NCBI GenBank assembly: GCA_964384105.1
Contig: CAYLJV010000004.1
Location: forward strand, 64,001 to 128,000
Length of the DNA stretch: 64,000 nt
Origin: Candidatus Hadarchaeota archaeon
Lineage (GTDB): Archaea > Hadarchaeota > Hadarchaeia > Hadarchaeales > JAGGTB01
Direction: 5' to 3'
Under the pieces are notes generated by a model. The model was given only the letters and a program-made list of their open reading frames with translations, searched no databases and was not told the origin of the DNA. Positions 60,268-64,000 of the stretch are shown here, piece by piece. Numbering within the stretch: position 1 is the first letter of the stretch; every line of letters begins with the position of its first letter. The translations under genes and the position numbers were made by a program.

Positions 60268-61083
60268 TCAAAGTTCCTTCAGCTTGCTCTCTACAATTTC
60301 TGAGATCGGACTATAAACTTCACCGGCATCCTCTGGGGAATTTATGGGATGAGGATTTATCCTGTATTTTTCAGATTTTAATAGATCCAGTATCTTCCCG
60401 GTTTTAATTTCCATCCTATGTCCTGTCCATCTTTTTGATATCATTGAATGAGCTTTTGCGAATTTATTTCCATCACTAATGAAAGCACGTCCTGGTTCAA
60501 CTGTTAAAACGAGATCAGCATGTACAGGGATAGGCATGGCAATATCTGCGTAACTCTCTATGATGAGAATGTCTCGATCTTTGATTCTTTCGTATCTATC
60601 TTTAGTAGCTGGCAAGTGAATCTTGTTCATATATTCATTGAACTTTTCTGTTGTTGAGAATTTTTCTATGCGATCTGCGTTTCCTTGTAATGCTTTTAAA
60701 TCTTCAGGCGCTTTGATTCTAGAATTTAGTACTAGTGTCGTCTTATTTTCAGTATCAAATATTCTGTCAAGCACTATCGATTGTGTCTCACCGATCAGAC
60801 CGGACCCGCTTTCTATAACTGAATTCGGAATCCATAGTCTGTGAATTGGATTTATCTCTTCCTCTCTCTTTCCGGTTAATTCCGATAATATTTTGGCGTC
60901 ATGTCCGAATAACCTTCCTTTTTTGATACTTTCTGAAACAATCCGATTATCGTACCAATAGTTATTTCCAGCTAGAGGCTTAAACAGTTCAATTTCTTTC
61001 GTTTTCTTTAAGTTTTGATACAGGCCTGTAGTAGCCGTTGTTTTACCTGCGGATTCACAAAGTCCATTTATAAGTATTTTCAT
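60268..61083 (-). CDS. Archaeal predicted P-loop NTPase (dethiobiotin-synthase-like fold)
   Basis: ESAGKTT, FKPLAGNNYWYD, IIESYAD. Confidence 0.75.
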   Translation of the reverse strand: MKILINGLCESAGKTTATTGLYQNLKKTKEIELFKPLAGNNYWYDNRIVSESIKKGRLFGHDAKILSELTGKREEEINPIHRLWIPNSVIESGSGLIGETQSIVLDRIFDTENKTTLVLNSRIKAPEDLKALQGNADRIEKFSTTEKFNEYMNKIHLPATKDRYERIKDRDILIIESYADIAMPIPVHADLVLTVEPGRAFISDGNKFAKAHSMISKRWTGHRMEIKTGKILDLLKSEKYRINPHPINSPEDAGEVYSPISEIVESKLKEL

Positions 61084-61201
61084 TCTATAATTTGTTGGAA
61101 TAAGGATATTAAAGGTTCTTTTGCTCTTCCGAAGCTATTCATAAAAATTCAAAATTGTATATTTGATTAGAAGATGAATATTAAGTGGTTATGAGAGACG
61201 T

Positions 61202-61696
61202 ATGACTGAAAAAGAGGAAGTATTGGAATTAGAAGTTAGACGGTTTAAAATCTCCGATTTGGATAGAGTTTCTTCCATAGAGAAGGACAGTTTTCCAACT
61301 CCTTGGTCCAAAAGTATGTTTAGAAATATGCATAATAACAATCAGGCTGGTTTTAAAGTCGCCGTTTTAGGTTCGGAAGTGGTAGGTTATGTGATTTACA
61401 GAGTAGAGTTGTCGGTGAATCCTAGCGAAATAGGTTACGAAAAAATAGGGCATCTGCTTAATCTGGCAGTTAAGAAGGGGTATAGAAGACGGAATATTGG
61501 TTCTTCTTTGTTGAAAGAGACAGAGGAGTATTTTGGGAGAGAAGGCGCAGACGAGGTTTGGCTGGAAGCTAGAGAGGGGAACCAAGCCGCTAGGGAGTTT
61601 TATCTTAAAAAGGGTTTTAAGGACATGGGTGTGAGGAGAGCGTATTACCCGGATGGAACTAATGCAATCATAATGAGGAAGAAAATTGAGACTTAA
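61202..61696 (+). CDS. rimI: N-terminal acetyltransferase RimI/Ard1 (GNAT)
   Basis: IEKDSFPTPWS, NLAV..YRRRNIG, YYPDG. Confidence 0.9.
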   Translation: MTEKEEVLELEVRRFKISDLDRVSSIEKDSFPTPWSKSMFRNMHNNNQAGFKVAVLGSEVVGYVIYRVELSVNPSEIGYEKIGHLLNLAVKKGYRRRNIGSSLLKETEEYFGREGADEVWLEAREGNQAAREFYLKKGFKDMGVRRAYYPDGTNAIIMRKKIET

Positions 61697-61718
61697 TAAA
61701 CGACTTTACTTTCTTGTT

Positions 61719-61973
61719 TTAGATTTCTAGTTCATCTACTTCGATTACGAGGTCACAGTGGTCTTGGCCCATTATCTCTTCTATAATGCTTTTGACTCTC
61801 TTTGCGCTAGGTGCTTCCCACTCTTCGATGGCGATTCCGTTCTTTGAGGTAAGAATTCTCTTGAGTTTCACGTCTTTGTATTCCTCTAGTTTACCCATTA
61901 TCTCTTTCTTTCTCTCTTCGCTTAACTCCGGAAGTTTTTCTTCAAAGTGGATTTCTAAAATCTTTGCCATCAT
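61719..61973 (-). CDS. Small hypothetical protein (DUF4242-like)
   Basis: [10 protein letters not shown] motif, overlaps upstream gene. Confidence 0.55.
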   Translation of the reverse strand: MMAKILEIHFEEKLPELSEERKKEIMGKLEEYKDVKLKRILTSKNGIAIEEWEAPSAKRVKSIIEEIMGQDHCDLVIEVDELEI

Positions 61974-62530
61974 TTCCCTCTCTTTATTTTGATCACTTCA
62001 TCAGCCAAGCAAAATTCTTCTCCAGAGATATGTCCGATCGAACCGAGTTTTTCTATATTAATCCGTCCATTTTTAAAGGCATTTTTTTCAACTTCTATGT
62101 TTACAATCTTTCCTACTAGAAAGTGGTGATCTCCGGTTTCAAAATCATCGTAATATTTGCATTCTATATTAACTGGAGATTCTTTTACACTTGGTGATTT
62201 GATCTTCTTGGATTCCTTTTCGGTTAATCCTATTTTTCGGAACTCACTTTCTCCTCGTTTAAGATTGATTTCTGTTTTAACACCTTTTTCCATCCAGTCT
62301 TTAGTTAAGGGGGCCACAACAAAGTCTCGGGTTTCTTTTGCGTTTAGGATAGTATCTTTACCTTTTCCAACTCCGATTCCCAGTAGCGGAGGAGAGAACG
62401 AGACTGGAGTAGCAAAACTGTAAGGGGCGATATTAGAATTCCCATCCTTGTCAATTGTGGATACGCAAACAGTGAGTCTTGGCCCAAGTAATTTATAGTA
62501 ACTTTTCTTGTCAATATCCATATGAATCAT
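61970..62530 (-). CDS. Flavin reductase family protein
   Basis: NIAPYSF, SPVNIEC, GDH. Confidence 0.9.
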   Translation of the reverse strand: MIHMDIDKKSYYKLLGPRLTVCVSTIDKDGNSNIAPYSFATPVSFSPPLLGIGVGKGKDTILNAKETRDFVVAPLTKDWMEKGVKTEINLKRGESEFRKIGLTEKESKKIKSPSVKESPVNIECKYYDDFETGDHHFLVGKIVNIEVEKNAFKNGRINIEKLGSIGHISGEEFCLADEVIKIKRGK

Positions 62531-62633
62531 CTCTTATTGGTTTCTTCTTCTTTATTATTTTTCGATATTTTCTGCTGTACTCAGGTTTCAAACTATTAAT
62601 TAGTGGGATTAGCTAATAGGCCCATTTGGTGGT

Positions 62634-63914
62634 TTGATGAGAAATGCTAAAAGGTCAGAGATTGTTCAGATTCGTTCTCCAATAAAGAAAGAGATAAAAC
62701 ATTTGGGTGGATCAGATCAACATTCTTTCTCTGAACTTTTGGAGCAGATTGCGAATAAAATGAATAAGTGGGGGTATAAACTGATTCATGTTACGAAGGC
62801 ATTTCGAGACGGTGATAAGACTTGTTCGGAAAGTTATTGGAAGAGGGATAAGATTAGGGGAGATATTAAGATTGTTTGGTTGTGCAGTTTAAGACTTGTT
62901 TTTGATAAGGGGTTTAAATTCGAATTGGATTTTGATGTGTGGTTTGAGTTCTCGAAGCTCCTCCAGGAGACGAGAGAGAAGATATACAGAGACGGTTTTC
63001 CTTATACTTCAAGGCCTTATGCAGAAAACTTTGGTAAGGAGGAAACGACCCGTATTTTAGAGAAGATTAGAAATTCAGTAAGACGCGTTTTAAGAGAGAA
63101 ATGTGATGGGTGGGGTGAACACGGTGTTATTGATAATGTAACTGACAGAAAATCGCAGGCTATTTGTCATCTTAAGAAAATCGGTCTTTCTTCTTTTCCA
63201 GAGTTCGACAAATTGAGAGAAACGTTGCGAGAGGTTGAAGAGATTCCCACTAGTGTGCTTGGAAATTCTCGAGAGGATATACTTGAAATCGTGGATAAAA
63301 AGAAGTGTGAGCTGATTCCTTTTTCAATAGATTCTCAATCTCTCGAGGGGTTCCTTGCTTTTTTTCTATGGTTCAGAAGTCCAGGAGGTGGGTTAGAATA
63401 TCAGCTTTATCGGTTCGTTCAGGAGAATTGGAACGACCTAGTTAAATTGAGTAGGATTGAAGAGGCTTTGCTTAGATTGGAGGTTTATGATTACGTCAAA
63501 GTCGAAGAGGTTCCATATGATTTAAGAAAAGAGCTCGAAAAAAGGGGGATTAAGAGATGTAAGAGGTTCTATGAATTAAAGAATCACGATGTTCTTAACA
63601 GGAGATTTTTTAGTGATACGAAAAGAAAAGCTCGTCTCGGTGCTTATCTTTCCCCGTTACCGAAGAAACGTTTAGTTAGACACCTCAATGCTCCAAACCA
63701 TATCGTTTTGAAAAATATTAGAAATCTTGTTAGGAGAAACTACCTCTTGGAGAAAAAAGTAAGGGATTTTAGTGGTAGAACTGTGAGGAAGATTAAACCT
63801 AAAAGGGGATTTGGTTCTCTTTCTGAATTGGATAGGGAAATCATGAAAAAATCTAAAAATTTTTACGAAGTGCAGAAGGATTTGCTCGACAAAATGCAAG
63901 GAGTAAGCTATTAG
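62634..63914 (+). CDS. Hypothetical basic protein with probable C-terminal winged-helix domains
   Basis: 426-aa ORF; IEEALLRLEVYDYV and IRNLVRRNYL wHTH-like helices. Confidence 0.6.
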   Translation: MMRNAKRSEIVQIRSPIKKEIKHLGGSDQHSFSELLEQIANKMNKWGYKLIHVTKAFRDGDKTCSESYWKRDKIRGDIKIVWLCSLRLVFDKGFKFELDFDVWFEFSKLLQETREKIYRDGFPYTSRPYAENFGKEETTRILEKIRNSVRRVLREKCDGWGEHGVIDNVTDRKSQAICHLKKIGLSSFPEFDKLRETLREVEEIPTSVLGNSREDILEIVDKKKCELIPFSIDSQSLEGFLAFFLWFRSPGGGLEYQLYRFVQENWNDLVKLSRIEEALLRLEVYDYVKVEEVPYDLRKELEKRGIKRCKRFYELKNHDVLNRRFFSDTKRKARLGAYLSPLPKKRLVRHLNAPNHIVLKNIRNLVRRNYLLEKKVRDFSGRTVRKIKPKRGFGSLSELDREIMKKSKNFYEVQKDLLDKMQGVSY

Positions 63915-64000
63915 ATAGGGATTATGCAGGATTGATTCACTTATTGAGAATATTTTCAAATTAATAGATATTACATTGAAATCTTTTTCTTGTAAGACGC

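Noticed and set aside
126-63959. Numerous 60-150 aa ORFs antisense or nested within long genes
   Set aside because: Shadow ORFs of well-supported genes, lacking SD sites or motifs.
1-64000. CRISPR arrays, cas genes, intact transposases, rRNA, reverse transcriptases
   Set aside because: No regularly spaced repeats or diagnostic motifs seen.

Overview
AT-rich archaeal chromosomal window (class I LysRS, archaeal SRP RNA, SAMP/NcsA, NreA, Hef, GGAGGTGA Shine-Dalgarno sites, acidic proteins; MSBL1/Hadarchaeota-like affinity is an inference). 1-9 kb: complete Epd/EppA-type type IV pilus locus with three tiny tandem pilins. 9-33 kb: mostly housekeeping (split Hef, aminotransferase, lysS, S2P-SAMP-ncsA, SRP RNA, tRNA-Ser, tRNA-Val, CoA-disulfide reductase, serpin, CBS-HPF hibernation factor). 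33-51 kb: accessory stress region (membrane-anchored cold-shock protein, MsrAB, SOR-like protein, FprA, LigD phosphoesterase, ParA pair, integrase remnant). 51-64 kb: bacterial-type glycogen cluster, NreA plus radical SAM, RimI. Best leads: (1) a fluoride riboswitch with an extra hairpin that appears to gate a uORF overlapping an NHA-type cation:proton antiporter-USP fusion with an altered transport motif; (2) an unassigned ~260-nt structured RNA next to tRNA-Ser; (3) two hairpin elements displaying the anti-SD sequence in loops; (4) a covarying ~140-bp repeat flanking a radical SAM gene; (5) probable ATT/ATA start codons; (6) several microproteins missed by the ORF track. All calls are by eye, with no searches run.
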